Positions 47,625-56,655 of a DNA stretch of 64,000 nt are shown piece after piece. The notes beneath the pieces are model-generated. The model saw only the letters and a list, made by a program, of their open reading frames with translations. It did not search any database and had not been told where the DNA came from. Origin of the DNA: an uncultured Chloroflexia bacterium (GTDB taxonomy: Bacteria > Chloroflexota > Limnocylindria > Limnocylindrales > CSP1-4); assembly GCA_963819655.1 (NCBI GenBank), contig CAWFXA010000003.1, positions 960,001 to 1,024,000 of the forward strand, given 5' to 3'. Position 1 is the stretch's first letter. Every line of letters starts with the position of its first letter. Position numbers and translations under genes: made by a program.

Positions 47625-48836
47625 TCACGGCGCCATGCGCTGCCATGACTGCCCGCCGTCGGCCAACCAGGATGGCTGGCCCTGGGTCCCACCATTCGAG
47701 TCGAACAGAAGCACACTGCCGTCCGATCGAGTGGTCAGGATCCATCGGTCGTCGGGCGACCAGCCGAACCAGGTCCCCCACGCATCGATATACGCGTCGG
47801 TGACCTGCGTGCACGGCCCACCGTCGATGCGGGCCACGCACAGCCAGGTGTCCTCCGCGTCGTTGGCAGCCATACCGACGATCCTGGTGCCGTCGTTGGA
47901 CAGGCGGCCAAAGCCAGGGCCGACAGCGATCTCGGTTCGTGTCGCGAGATCGATGACATGCGTGCCATCCACCCCGTTGATCGAACCGAAGAACGCGAAC
48001 CGCCGGCCATCCGGCGTCCAGCCAGAGGCGCGCGAGACAACCACGTCGCCCTCGGGCATGGGTAGCGGTTCGACAGAGCCGTCTTCCGCGGAAACGAGAG
48101 ACAGGATCGGAGCCGAATCGGTGCCGCCCAGGAACATCAACTGGCGCCCGTCGGGGGGTCGCCAGTAGATATCACCGTCCGCGTTGGATACACCGAGGCT
48201 CCGGACCGTGCCATCCGCCGCATCGATGAGAAAGACGGGGCCATTCGATTGGACCGCGATCGATCGGCCGTCCGGGGACCAGAGGATGTTCTCAGGGTCG
48301 AGCCCGACGATCGGGTCGGTCTTTGCGATCACCGGATCGCTGCCGTCGGCGTTGGTTATGACGGGCACATCTCCGGGACCAGTCGTTCGCATGAATACGA
48401 GTCGCGTGCCGTCGAGCGAGAAACGCGGATCGTGATCGGTCTCCGGCCCCGCGACGATCGGCTGCCGCGTGCCCGTGACGGGATCGACGGTGTAGATGTC
48501 GCCACCGCTCGCGTAGGCGACCACGCCATTGGCGGCGAGGCCGAACGGCGCCGGCAGTTGGCGCGGGCTGCCGATGTAGAACGCGACGGAGGCCGCGATC
48601 AAGATCGCGAGGACGGCCAGCACGCCGATCGTCCGCCACGGGAGCGGCTTGAGGGTCTGTCGGCCGAGCGTGATGACGCTCATGGGAAGCCACCTTTCGG
48701 GGAAGCTCCAGCGCGGCCGCTGGCGCGTGCCCGCGGTCAGCCGGAGGATGTCGTCGGTGAAGTCGGGCACGCGCGGCGCCGCAGTGTCGGCGAACCAGGC
48801 CGTCAGCTCGCGTTCGAGGTTTTCGGTGCGGTTCAT
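47625..48836 (-). CDS. Putative anti-sigma factor with an extracellular PD40/TolB-like beta-propeller
   Basis: ATGA overlap with the sigma gene; one TM; repeated FSLDG/WSPDG/WTPDG/WSPDD. Confidence 0.7.
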   Translation of the reverse strand: MNRTENLERELTAWFADTAAPRVPDFTDDILRLTAGTRQRPRWSFPERWLPMSVITLGRQTLKPLPWRTIGVLAVLAILIAASVAFYIGSPRQLPAPFGLAANGVVAYASGGDIYTVDPVTGTRQPIVAGPETDHDPRFSLDGTRLVFMRTTGPGDVPVITNADGSDPVIAKTDPIVGLDPENILWSPDGRSIAVQSNGPVFLIDAADGTVRSLGVSNADGDIYWRPPDGRQLMFLGGTDSAPILSLVSAEDGSVEPLPMPEGDVVVSRASGWTPDGRRFAFFGSINGVDGTHVIDLATRTEIAVGPGFGRLSNDGTRIVGMAANDAEDTWLCVARIDGGPCTQVTDAYIDAWGTWFGWSPDDRWILTTRSDGSVLLFDSNGGTQGQPSWLADGGQSWQRMAP

Positions 48837-49390
48837 GCGATCACCGTCCGGGATTCCGCTGGCGCTCGCTCGTCGGCCGCGATCGCGGCGCGGAGCTCGG
48901 CCAGGGCTCGGTGCAGGCGCGATTGCGCGGTGCCCTGTGGGATGTCGAGTGTCTCGGCGACCGCCGAGGCGGTCAGGCCGACGTAGTAGTGCAGGACGAG
49001 GACCGCCCGCAGATCCGGACCGAGCCGCCGGAAGGCGCGCTCGAGCTGATCGCGGTCGGCGATGTCCCTCGTCTCGTCGCCGACGCTCGGCGACATGATG
49101 GGCGAGAGCTCGACCTCGATCGCCCGGCGCTTTCGACGGCGCACGGCATCGAGGCACGAGTTGACGGTCAGTCGGTGGAGCCAGGCGTCGAACTTGTCGG
49201 GCTCACGCAATCCCGGCAGGTCGCGCCACGCTCGGATGTAGGCGTCCTGGACCGCGTCTCGCGCGAGCTCCTGGTCCCGGACGATGAGGCGGGCGACGGC
49301 TTCCAGCCGCGCGATGGACGCGCCGACGAGCGCCGCGAAGGCGTCATGATCGCCTCGGCCCGCTCGTTCGACGAGTTCCCGCTGGTCCAC
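48833..49390 (-). CDS. ECF RNA polymerase sigma-70 factor
   Basis: ARDAVQDAYIRAWRDLPGLREPDKFDAWL and TLDIPQGTAQSRLHRA. Confidence 0.9.
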   Translation of the reverse strand: MDQRELVERAGRGDHDAFAALVGASIARLEAVARLIVRDQELARDAVQDAYIRAWRDLPGLREPDKFDAWLHRLTVNSCLDAVRRRKRRAIEVELSPIMSPSVGDETRDIADRDQLERAFRRLGPDLRAVLVLHYYVGLTASAVAETLDIPQGTAQSRLHRALAELRAAIAADERAPAESRTVIA

Positions 49391-49487
49391 AGCCACCCCT
49401 CGGTGACGCGACACGTTCGGCCGCGTTCAAGGGTAATGGCGTCAGTTGCCGGTGAACTTGTCCCGCAACGCCACGCCGGGCTGGTCA

Positions 49488-49552
49488 CGTCAAAAGAACT
49501 TGACATCATGTCAGCCACGGTTTACATTCGACGATGTCAATGATGCTTTACA
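49488..49552 (+). promoter_or_regulatory. Three 18-bp operators TGTCA-N8-T(T/G)ACA overlapping a TTGACA-17-TACATT promoter
   Basis: Sites at 49488, 49509 and 49535; -35 at 49500, -10 at 49523. Confidence 0.75.
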
Positions 49553-49564
49553 TGGGAGCCTGAG

Positions 49565-49993
49565 ATGTCCTTCGACGAGAAGAGCGCGTGGATCGGTGTC
49601 GCACTCGCGTTCGTCGTGCCTGGGGTCTACCTCGCGATCATCTTCGGTCAACTCCAGACCACGGCAGTCGGCGAGATCGCCTATCAGGGGCCGATGCTCG
49701 CGACGATCGGACTCGGCATCGCCTTCGGGATCATCGCGCACATCGCGGTCGCGATCGGCGCGCCAAAGGACGCCGACAAGCGCGACGAACGCGACTCCAG
49801 CATCAACCGATATGGCGAGTACATCGGAAGCATCGTGCTCTACGGCGGCATGCTGGTGACGCTCGCCCTGGCTCTCGCGTCGTTCGAGTACTTCTGGATC
49901 GCCAACGCGATCTACGCGACGTTCCTCGTGGCGGCACTCATTTCATCGGCCGCGAAGATCGTCGCCTACCGTCGCGGTTTCCAGCCATGGTGA
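49565..49993 (+). CDS. Small membrane protein (DUF2178-like)
   Basis: Four TM helices, DERD motif, C-terminal YRRG. Confidence 0.75.
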   Translation: MSFDEKSAWIGVALAFVVPGVYLAIIFGQLQTTAVGEIAYQGPMLATIGLGIAFGIIAHIAVAIGAPKDADKRDERDSSINRYGEYIGSIVLYGGMLVTLALALASFEYFWIANAIYATFLVAALISSAAKIVAYRRGFQPW

Positions 49994-50211
49994 AGCCGAC
50001 CAGGGTCACGAACGACATCCGACGGCTCAGGTTCGCGCACGGCGAGATGACGCAAGCCGAGCTCGCCGATCGGATCGGCGTCACCCGCCAGACGATCATC
50101 GCCATCGAGCAGGGCCGCTACTCCCCTTCCCTCGAGATGGCATTCCAGGTCGCTCGAGTCTTCAACGTGCCGCTCGACGACGTCTTCCAATACCCGGAGA
50201 TCAAGACATGA
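49987..50211 (+). CDS. Cro/C1 (XRE) HTH transcriptional regulator
   Basis: MTQAELADRIGVTRQTIIAIEQGRYSPSLEMAF. Confidence 0.9.
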   Translation: MVKPTRVTNDIRRLRFAHGEMTQAELADRIGVTRQTIIAIEQGRYSPSLEMAFQVARVFNVPLDDVFQYPEIKT

Positions 50212-51446
50212 CCACGATGAAAGCGATCGTCTACGACGAGTACGGCTCGGCTGACGTCCTCGAACTCAGGCACATCGACCGCCCCGTGCCCAAGGACGAT
50301 GAGGTCCTCGTGCGGATCCGGGCAGCCGCCGCCAACCCGGCCGACTGGCGCATGATGCGCGCCGATCCACAGCTCGTTCGCTTGTCACGGGGCCTGCGTC
50401 GGCCACGACGGAACAGCGTTCTGGGCAGCGACATGGCCGGTGAGGTCGAAGCCGTCGGCAAGGACGTGACGCGATTCCGTCCAGGCGATGAGGTCTATGC
50501 CGAAGTCGACGCTGGTGGTTTCGCCGAGTACGTCAGCGTTCCGGAGAAGCTGCTCGGTCTGAAGCCGGCGAACCTGACGTTCGAGCAGGCAGCAGCCGTG
50601 CCGATGACCGCGCTGACGGCCCTGCAGGCCCTGCGCGATCGAGGCCGAATCGAGGCAGGGCAGCGCGTGCTGATCAACGGTGCGTCCGGAGGCATCGGGA
50701 CGTTCGCCGTGCAGATCGCAAAGTCGTATGGCGCGTATGTGACCGGCGTGTGCAGCACGAGGAACGTCGACATGGTCCGGTCGATCGGCGCCGACGATGT
50801 CGTCGATTACACGCGCGAGGACTTCGCGGACGGCACGCGGCGCTATGACCTGATCCTCGACACGGTGGGCAATCGCTCGCTGTCCGAGTACAGGCGTGCG
50901 CTGACGCCCAAGGGAACGCTGGTCATGATCGGGGGTCGCGGAAGTCGATTGCTCGGCCCGGCGGGCCAGCTGTTCAGGGCGATGGCGTTGTCCCCGTTCG
51001 TCAGCCACAGACTGCTCGCGATCCTGGCGAGACCCAACCGCGAGGACCTGGACGTCCTGAAAGGACTCATCGAAGCGGGCCACGTCACGCCGGTCATCGA
51101 CAGGACGTACCCGCTGAGCGAGGCCCCCGACGCGATCCGGTACCTGGAAGGGCGACACGCCCGCGGTAAGGTCGTCGTGACCGTCGCTTTGTCGCAGCGG
51201 ACACAATCTGGTGACGCCCGTCACCTACACTCCTCGGCGACCCCCGGAGACTCTGGAGAATTTGGTGCTAGTCGGTCGAGCGCGCGCGACCCGCTGGTTG
51301 GTCGCCCTGTCCGGCACGTCCCTTCTGGCGGGATCGTTCGTCGCGATCGCTCCAGCACCGGTCGCCCAGGCGGCAGTCCCGCCCGTCTATCACGCGGTAG
51401 CAGTCGGGATGGTCTTCGGGATCACGGGCGCCACCGCGATAAATGA
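50208..51446 (+). CDS. NAD(P)-dependent MDR oxidoreductase (quinone reductase/ADH-like); family domain ends near 51190
   Basis: NPADW, GSDMAG, INGASGGIGTFAVQIAK and GKVVVTV; the reading frame runs about 85 codons past the usual end. Confidence 0.85.
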   Translation: MTTMKAIVYDEYGSADVLELRHIDRPVPKDDEVLVRIRAAAANPADWRMMRADPQLVRLSRGLRRPRRNSVLGSDMAGEVEAVGKDVTRFRPGDEVYAEVDAGGFAEYVSVPEKLLGLKPANLTFEQAAAVPMTALTALQALRDRGRIEAGQRVLINGASGGIGTFAVQIAKSYGAYVTGVCSTRNVDMVRSIGADDVVDYTREDFADGTRRYDLILDTVGNRSLSEYRRALTPKGTLVMIGGRGSRLLGPAGQLFRAMALSPFVSHRLLAILARPNREDLDVLKGLIEAGHVTPVIDRTYPLSEAPDAIRYLEGRHARGKVVVTVALSQRTQSGDARHLHSSATPGDSGEFGASRSSARDPLVGRPVRHVPSGGIVRRDRSSTGRPGGSPARLSRGSSRDGLRDHGRHRDK

Positions 51447-54400
51447 CACGGGGGTCGTGGCAGGCCAGTACGGCGTCCCGAATCAGTCATCGAACGGTGT
51501 CGCTCGCGTCACGGGAGCGGCGATCGAACGGATCGATGTCGCCGGCGGATCTCCGTTCGCCATCAACTCGAGCGGGTCCATGGTCGGGACGTCCGGGAGC
51601 GCCACGCTGCAGGCCATCCGGGTCGACGGCACGACGGTCACCACCATCCCGGGCCTCGAGGGAACCGCTGCCGACGTCGCCTACGACATCGATGACGCCG
51701 GCACGACCGTCGTCGGCGCCTCCTTTCTCAGTAACGGCGAGAGCCGCGCTTGGACGAACGACGGATCCGAAACCACGCAACTTGCGACTTTCGGCGGCAC
51801 GTACGAGATCGCCAGCAGGATCAATGAAGCCGGGCTGATCGCAGGAAGTGCACGAGACGCCGCTGGCGACATGCATCTCGTCACCTGGCAGGGCGGCCTG
51901 ATCGCGGACATCGGTGGAGGCGCCTACTCCTCGGCGAGCGTCGCCGATATGAACGAGGCGGGACAGGTCATCGGTTCTGTCACGGCGCCGCCCAACGACA
52001 ATCGCGCGATCCTCTGGGACGGCAGCGCGGCGATCGACCTCGGCGTGCTGCCTGGCGGCAATTGGACGAGTGCCGGCGCCCTGAACGAGTCGGGCGGAGT
52101 GGTCGTATCGGCAAGGAACTCGTCTGGGAAGTTCCGAGCGGCCCGCTGGGATGGCACCGGCCTGGTTGATCTGGGTGTGCTTCCGGGAGGCGACGAGTCC
52201 TTCGCGACCGGGATCAACGAACAGGGGCAGATCACTGGCGTCTCGTTCGTCGCGCCAGGCCAGACGCATGGATTCCTGATCGACGCCGGGGTGATGTACG
52301 ACGTCAACGACTTGCTCCCGGCACATTCCGTCGAAGTCATGAACGCCCAGGCGATCTCTGACTCCGGGCACATCCTTGCCTATGGCCTGAACGGCCAGCC
52401 GATCCTCCTTGTCCCGGGCACGCGACCAGCAGCGGCCTACGATGTCGTCGACCTTGGCGCCGGACTCGCGGGTCAGACATTCGACGCGTTCGCCACTGAC
52501 ATGAACGCCGCGCACCAGGCGACCGGGAGCATCAACAACCGAGCGTTCCGCTTCGACGGCACGTCCTCGTCGTACGTCTTCTCGACGTTCGTCGAGTCCA
52601 ACGGCGCGGCCCTCAACGCCGACGGGGTGGTGGCGGGCTATGCCGACAACGGCGGCGACCTCGAGGCCTACCGCTACGACGGGGCGGTCCAGTTCCTCGG
52701 GACGCTGGGGGGCGCCAGCAGCAATGCCCGCGACATCAATGACGCCGGCGACATCGTCGGCAGCGCCGACACGGCCGGCGGTCAACGCCACGCATTCCTG
52801 TATCGCGACGGGGCGATGACCGACCTGCACACACTCGCCGGCGCGACGTCCGACGCCAGCAAGATCAACGAGGCGGGCACGGTCATCGGCAACTATTCGC
52901 CGAGCCCAGGGACGTTCCGAGGCTTCGTGTCCGACGGGACGACGACAACCGACCTCGGGTCGCTCGGTGGCGGGACCACCGCACCATGGGGGCTGAACGA
53001 ATCCGGCGTCATCGTCGGGACGTCCGGCGGCCAAGCCTTCCGGTACGTCAACGGGACGATGACGAGCGTCGCCCCTCCCGGCTCGAGCTCGAGCGATGCC
53101 ATCGCCATCAACGAAAGCGGCAGCATCGCCGGCTCGTATCTGGATGGGTCGGGTAGCCGCCGCGGCTTCCTCCTCGACGACGGCACCTACGCGCTGATCC
53201 CTGGCATGGGCGGCACGTTCGCGACCGTCACCGACATCAATGAATCCCGGCAGGTCATCGGCTACGCGTCGACCGAGAGCTCGACCCGCGGCTACCTCTT
53301 CGACGACGGTGAGCTCATCGATCTGAGCGCACATCTGCCGCTCGGTTATGAGGCGCTGATCGTGTCCGCGTGGGAGATCGACGACGGCGGCACGATCCTC
53401 GCGCGCGGGCAGACCTCGGACTTCCGGGAGCGCGCCTTGCTGCTCGTCCCGACCGAACCACCGGCCACGACGCCGCTCACGATCGACGCGAGCAGGCCCG
53501 CGCCATCGAGCGTCGCCCGCTACGACCGCTTCGAGAAGCAGTTCACGCTCAGCCGCACGTACGGCGTCGACGTCCACGACCCGGCGACGATCGACGTCAC
53601 GGCGACGTTCACCGCTCCGAGTGGCGCGAGCTACACGGTTCCCGCATTCTTCGGGACTGACTACACGCTTCGTCCTAACACGGGTGTGGGCGATTCGGAG
53701 CTCTACGACCCTGTGCCCGGGACGGAATCTGGGGTCTGGCACGCGCGGTTCTCTCCGGACGAGACCGGCACGTGGCGATACACGCTCCGTGCCCAGGACA
53801 AGGTCGCCGGACAGCAGGCGACTGCCGTCACCTCGCCCAGGACCTTCGCGGTCACCGCGTCGAGCGCCAAGGGCCAGATCGAACGCGACCCACGCGACGA
53901 TCGATTCCTGCGCTACACCGATGGAACGCCTTTCTTGCCGATGGGCCACAACGTCGCGTTCGGCGACGGCAACCCGTTCAACGACGGCAGCCATTTCTAC
54001 GAGCCTCATTTCCAGTCGATGCAGGCCGCCGGCCAGAACTGGACCCGTGTGTGGATGACCGACTTCTACATCACGGCGATCGAGTGGAACGCCACGCATT
54101 TCTCCGGGCAGTACGACGGCGTAGGTCAGTACGGAGACGTTCCCGCCTTCCGCGTCGAACAGATCCTCGACCTCGCCGAGCAGTACGGCCTCGAGGTCCA
54201 ACTGGTGCTCAACGACCACGGCCAGTTCAGTAGTCACGTCAACGCGCGGTGGGACGACAACCCCTACAACACAGACAACGGCGGTCCCGTGCCGGCAGCT
54301 GACCCGGCCGCGTTCTTCAGCGATCCGACCGCCAAGCAGCTGTTCAAGCAGCGGCTGCGCTACCTCGTCGCCCGCTATGGCGCCTACCGCGACATCCTTG

Positions 54401-56616
54401 CCTGGGAGCTTTTCAACGAGACCCAGTTCATCGGCTCCGCGAGTCGGAACCCGTTCACGAGCCAGGAAGTCCGCGACGATCTCGTCGCGTGGCACGCCGA
54501 GATGGCGGCATATCTCCGCTCGCTCGACCCGTACGACCACCTGATCACAACCAGCTCGGACATCGACACGAGCGCGGCCACGATCTGGAACGACCCCAAC
54601 ATCGATCTTGTGCAGGTCCACGATTACGGCTCGGTCAGCGGCCGTGACCAGCGCTTCCGCGGCTACGCGGAGGATCTCAACGCCACCTACGGCAAACCGG
54701 TCATCGTCGGCGAGTTCGGGTTGCCGAGCGAACCGGTCCTAGATAACGTCTCGCCGGAACCCGGCTTCGACCCGACGACCTCGCCACTGTCGCCCGACAA
54801 AGTCGCCCACCTCGTGCAGGCGACGCACCTCCACAACTCGATGTGGGCGACGGCGATGTCGGCGTCCGGTGCGATGTCGTGGTGGTGGGGCGGCTACATC
54901 CTGGACAACGCCGCCCAACATCGGACGCCGCCCGACTTCCCCGCCAACGAGCGCCACAACCCGCCGTTGCGTGACTTCTTCGCCGGTGAGGACCTCGCGG
55001 GCATGAGCCTCGAGCCCTCGAGCATCACGGCGCCGGCGACCGTCGTCGCGCTGGGCCAGGACAACGGAGCTGAGGGCTTCGCCTGGATCCGCGATGCCGA
55101 GAACGAATACGGCAGCGGCGTCGGACCGGGCGACGTCGCCGGACGGACGATGAGCGGCGTGTCGGTCACCTTCGCCGGATTCGCCGACGGGGCGTATGGC
55201 ATCGAGGTGCACGACCCGTGGGGCGTCGCCCCGGTCGACGATTCGGTCGTGGCCGTCGCGACGGGCGGCACGCTCACGGTGCCGCTCCCGGACTTCACCC
55301 GGGACCTCGCGATCAAGATCGGACCCGCGCCGGCGACCGCCCCGGGTGCCCCAAGTGGGGTCACCGCCGCGAAGGGCAACGCCCAGGCGACCGTGTCCTG
55401 GACGCCGCCGGTCGACGACGGCGGGAGCCTGATCACCGCGTACACGGTCACCTCGAGCCCAGGCGGCGTCACCGCCTCGGTCGACGGCTCGACCACCAGC
55501 GCAGTCGTCACCGGATTGACGAACGGGACCAGCTACACGTTCACGGTCACCGCGACCAACGTGGTCGGCACGGGTCCGGCCTCGGCCGCCTCGAACGCCG
55601 TGACGCCTGCCGCGCCCGTTCCCCAGTCGATCACCTTTACGAAGCCGCCGAACTCGAACATGCTCCAATCCCCGGTGGTCGTCAGCCCGACGGCCAGTTC
55701 CGGGCTGACCGTCGCATTGACCTCGAACACGCCGGCGGTCTGTTCCGTCGATGGCTTCAACATCAACCTGTTGTCCGCTGGCACGTGCACGATCACGGCG
55801 ACCCAGCCCGGGAACTCCGACTTCCTCCCGGCAAACCCGGTTCCCCGTTCGTTCACGGTCGCCCAGGTTGCACAGTCGATCACGTTCGCCCGACCAGCGA
55901 ACGCGAACCTGCTCCAGTCGCCGCTGACCGTCAGCCCGACGGCCAGCTCCGGCCTGCCGGTCACTCTCACCTCGACGACCCAGCCCGTGTGCACGGTCAG
56001 TGGCTTTGAGATCACCCTGCTCACCGCCGGCACCTGCACGATCACCGCGACCCAGCCCGGCAACAACGTCTACCGGGCAGCCAATCCGATCCCCCGCTCG
56101 TTCACGGTGTCGAAGGTCGCGCAATCCATCACCTTCCCCAAGCCGCCGAACGCGACCTTGGTCCAATCGCCGGTCGCGGTGACCGCCACGGCGAGCTCCG
56201 GCCTGCAGGTGACGCTGACGTCGACGACGCCGTCGGTCTGCTCGGTGAGCGGGGCCTCCGTGACGCTGCTCATCGCCGGCACGTGCTCGATCCAGGCGAC
56301 CCAGCCCGGCGACAACATCTACCTGGCGGCGCCCGTGCTGACCCGCTCATTCAATGTGACGAAAGCCACGCAGACGATCACGCTCCCGAACCCGGGCACG
56401 CAATCGATGCAGAGCCCGACCGTCGTGCTGAACCCGTCGGCCTCATCGGGGTTGCCGGTCACGCTCACATCGCAGACCACCGCGGTCTGCACCGTGAGCG
56501 GCAACACGGTGACCCTCCTGAGGACCGGCACGTGCCGGGTCCGGGGTACCCAACCCGGGAACGCCACCTATGCGGCCGCGCCGGCCGTCACGATCTCGTT
56601 CACCGTGGCGCCGTAG
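51265..56616 (+). CDS. Large secreted multidomain protein: HAF repeats, DUF5060, GH5-like TIM barrel, Fn3 and four Ig-like repeats
   Basis: Signal peptide; many INxxGxxxG...HAF/DLGTLGG repeats; WHARFSPDETGTW; WELFNE and IVGEFG catalytic Glu motifs; Fn3 SWTPP..YTFTVTA; QSITF...ASSGLPV repeats. Confidence 0.8.
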   Translation: MLVGRARATRWLVALSGTSLLAGSFVAIAPAPVAQAAVPPVYHAVAVGMVFGITGATAINDTGVVAGQYGVPNQSSNGVARVTGAAIERIDVAGGSPFAINSSGSMVGTSGSATLQAIRVDGTTVTTIPGLEGTAADVAYDIDDAGTTVVGASFLSNGESRAWTNDGSETTQLATFGGTYEIASRINEAGLIAGSARDAAGDMHLVTWQGGLIADIGGGAYSSASVADMNEAGQVIGSVTAPPNDNRAILWDGSAAIDLGVLPGGNWTSAGALNESGGVVVSARNSSGKFRAARWDGTGLVDLGVLPGGDESFATGINEQGQITGVSFVAPGQTHGFLIDAGVMYDVNDLLPAHSVEVMNAQAISDSGHILAYGLNGQPILLVPGTRPAAAYDVVDLGAGLAGQTFDAFATDMNAAHQATGSINNRAFRFDGTSSSYVFSTFVESNGAALNADGVVAGYADNGGDLEAYRYDGAVQFLGTLGGASSNARDINDAGDIVGSADTAGGQRHAFLYRDGAMTDLHTLAGATSDASKINEAGTVIGNYSPSPGTFRGFVSDGTTTTDLGSLGGGTTAPWGLNESGVIVGTSGGQAFRYVNGTMTSVAPPGSSSSDAIAINESGSIAGSYLDGSGSRRGFLLDDGTYALIPGMGGTFATVTDINESRQVIGYASTESSTRGYLFDDGELIDLSAHLPLGYEALIVSAWEIDDGGTILARGQTSDFRERALLLVPTEPPATTPLTIDASRPAPSSVARYDRFEKQFTLSRTYGVDVHDPATIDVTATFTAPSGASYTVPAFFGTDYTLRPNTGVGDSELYDPVPGTESGVWHARFSPDETGTWRYTLRAQDKVAGQQATAVTSPRTFAVTASSAKGQIERDPRDDRFLRYTDGTPFLPMGHNVAFGDGNPFNDGSHFYEPHFQSMQAAGQNWTRVWMTDFYITAIEWNATHFSGQYDGVGQYGDVPAFRVEQILDLAEQYGLEVQLVLNDHGQFSSHVNARWDDNPYNTDNGGPVPAADPAAFFSDPTAKQLFKQRLRYLVARYGAYRDILAWELFNETQFIGSASRNPFTSQEVRDDLVAWHAEMAAYLRSLDPYDHLITTSSDIDTSAATIWNDPNIDLVQVHDYGSVSGRDQRFRGYAEDLNATYGKPVIVGEFGLPSEPVLDNVSPEPGFDPTTSPLSPDKVAHLVQATHLHNSMWATAMSASGAMSWWWGGYILDNAAQHRTPPDFPANERHNPPLRDFFAGEDLAGMSLEPSSITAPATVVALGQDNGAEGFAWIRDAENEYGSGVGPGDVAGRTMSGVSVTFAGFADGAYGIEVHDPWGVAPVDDSVVAVATGGTLTVPLPDFTRDLAIKIGPAPATAPGAPSGVTAAKGNAQATVSWTPPVDDGGSLITAYTVTSSPGGVTASVDGSTTSAVVTGLTNGTSYTFTVTATNVVGTGPASAASNAVTPAAPVPQSITFTKPPNSNMLQSPVVVSPTASSGLTVALTSNTPAVCSVDGFNINLLSAGTCTITATQPGNSDFLPANPVPRSFTVAQVAQSITFARPANANLLQSPLTVSPTASSGLPVTLTSTTQPVCTVSGFEITLLTAGTCTITATQPGNNVYRAANPIPRSFTVSKVAQSITFPKPPNATLVQSPVAVTATASSGLQVTLTSTTPSVCSVSGASVTLLIAGTCSIQATQPGDNIYLAAPVLTRSFNVTKATQTITLPNPGTQSMQSPTVVLNPSASSGLPVTLTSQTTAVCTVSGNTVTLLRTGTCRVRGTQPGNATYAAAPAVTISFTVAP

Positions 56617-56655
56617 CGGCATTCCTGGGCACCCCTCCGGCTCAGGCGGGGCTGC

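Noticed and set aside
51487-54621. 1044-aa antisense ORF (also 30387-32942, 21833-24220 and similar)
   Set aside because: Shadow ORFs opposite real genes, expected from high-GC codon bias; no recognisable motifs
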